A stretch of 63,897 nt of DNA, counting the filler, from Chlamydiia bacterium (GTDB taxonomy: Bacteria > Chlamydiota > Chlamydiia > Chlamydiales > FEN-1388), in assembly GCA_903848235.1 (NCBI GenBank). It is 11 parts of 11 records of this genome, joined end to end, with 100 filler letters (N's around TTAATTAATTAA, not from the genome) between each part and the next. Parts side by side here need not be neighbours in the genome. Positions count along the whole stretch, not along the records: positions 61,617 to 63,897 come from CAINFV010000028.1; 10 more parts are not named here. One strand, 5' to 3'. Of this stretch, positions 63,330 through 63,897 are shown piece after piece. The stretch's first letter is position 1. The number at the start of each line of letters is the position of its first letter. A model generated the notes under the pieces. It did not search any database. It had not been told where the DNA came from and was given only the letters and a program-made list of their open reading frames with translations. Both the position numbers and the translations under genes were made by a program.

Positions 63330-63534
63330 GACAAAGCTCTGATGGCAATCAAGACTCGTTATCATTTCATGAAGGGTTTTTGGCTCGGAGGCATTTCCTG
63401 GAAGGATGGCTGTTCGATGTAAAAATTTATGCTCGTTCATGACAAGACCAAGAGTTACCAAGGGGCAATCAGCACGGTTCTCTTTAGAAAAACCGTGCGC
63501 CGCCTTGAAATTTGATTCGGCCTGTCCCTCCATA
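63330..63534 (-). pseudogene. IS1634-family-like transposase fragment
   Basis: MEG......AAHGFSKENRADCPLVTLGLVM...F.....ILPGN.SEPKTL. Confidence 0.7.
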
Positions 63535-63897
63535 GATGAGTACAATCGTGTATGCACTGTTGCCTTTCCAACCGTTGTCGACGCGAAGCACAACGCCACG
63601 TTCAAAAGGTCTTTTGACGAGTATAAAAATCTTGTAGGAGAAGATCTTTTGCATGGCATCACCGTTGGCTATTCCTATGACCGTGTAGGACGGTGCACAC
63701 AGTATAGCGTCAATGGAACTCCATGTGTTGAGTATGAATACCGTAACGGCCACCTGACCGATGTCATCAGGAAAGATGCTTCTGGCAATGAGATGTATCG
63801 CCATCGGTATACAGGGATTGATTGTGAGGAGAAAGTTGTTGAAAGTGCCTTGATACACGACTTAGGAACGGCAACGGTGGCGTGGGATCGCATGGGA
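63535..63897 (+). pseudogene. RHS core fragment
   Basis: Open frame DEYNRV...YSYDRVGRC...YEYRNGHL...WDRMG running to the window end. Confidence 0.7.

Overview
This window is not one locus. It is 11 contigs joined by 100-nt artificial spacers (N-run, TTAATTAATTAA, N-run), so gene order across spacers means nothing. Contigs 1-4, 6 and 9-11 look like an environmental Chlamydiae-type symbiont. They carry hrcA-grpE-dnaK with a CIRCE, der, a SWIM/SNF2 helicase, queH, pgeF, an AsmA-like protein, candidate effectors (F-box-LRR, BTB, ankyrin, ART-like), collagen-like tandem paralogues, toxin-antitoxin pairs, RHS/EndoU polymorphic toxin loci, several palindromic MITE families and two copies of a group II intron. 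Contig 5 (42758-49797) is a eukaryotic Ty1/copia retrotransposon, and contigs 7-8 look like other bacteria; all three are probably co-binned DNA. Four observations stand out. (1) The group II intron appears to have a 24-nt hairpin inserted into its catalytic domain V and starts with GCGCG; an EBS1/IBS1 match supports that start. (2) A three-gene cassette occurs twice: EndoU toxin, two-domain immunity protein, and a small stand-alone 'half-EndoU' protein. (3) Several ~157-bp rod-shaped palindromic elements have 5-bp target duplications and compensatory changes. (4) The copia ORF1 and pol are in frame, separated by a single UGA-CUA stop. All family calls come from motifs read by eye; no database search was run.
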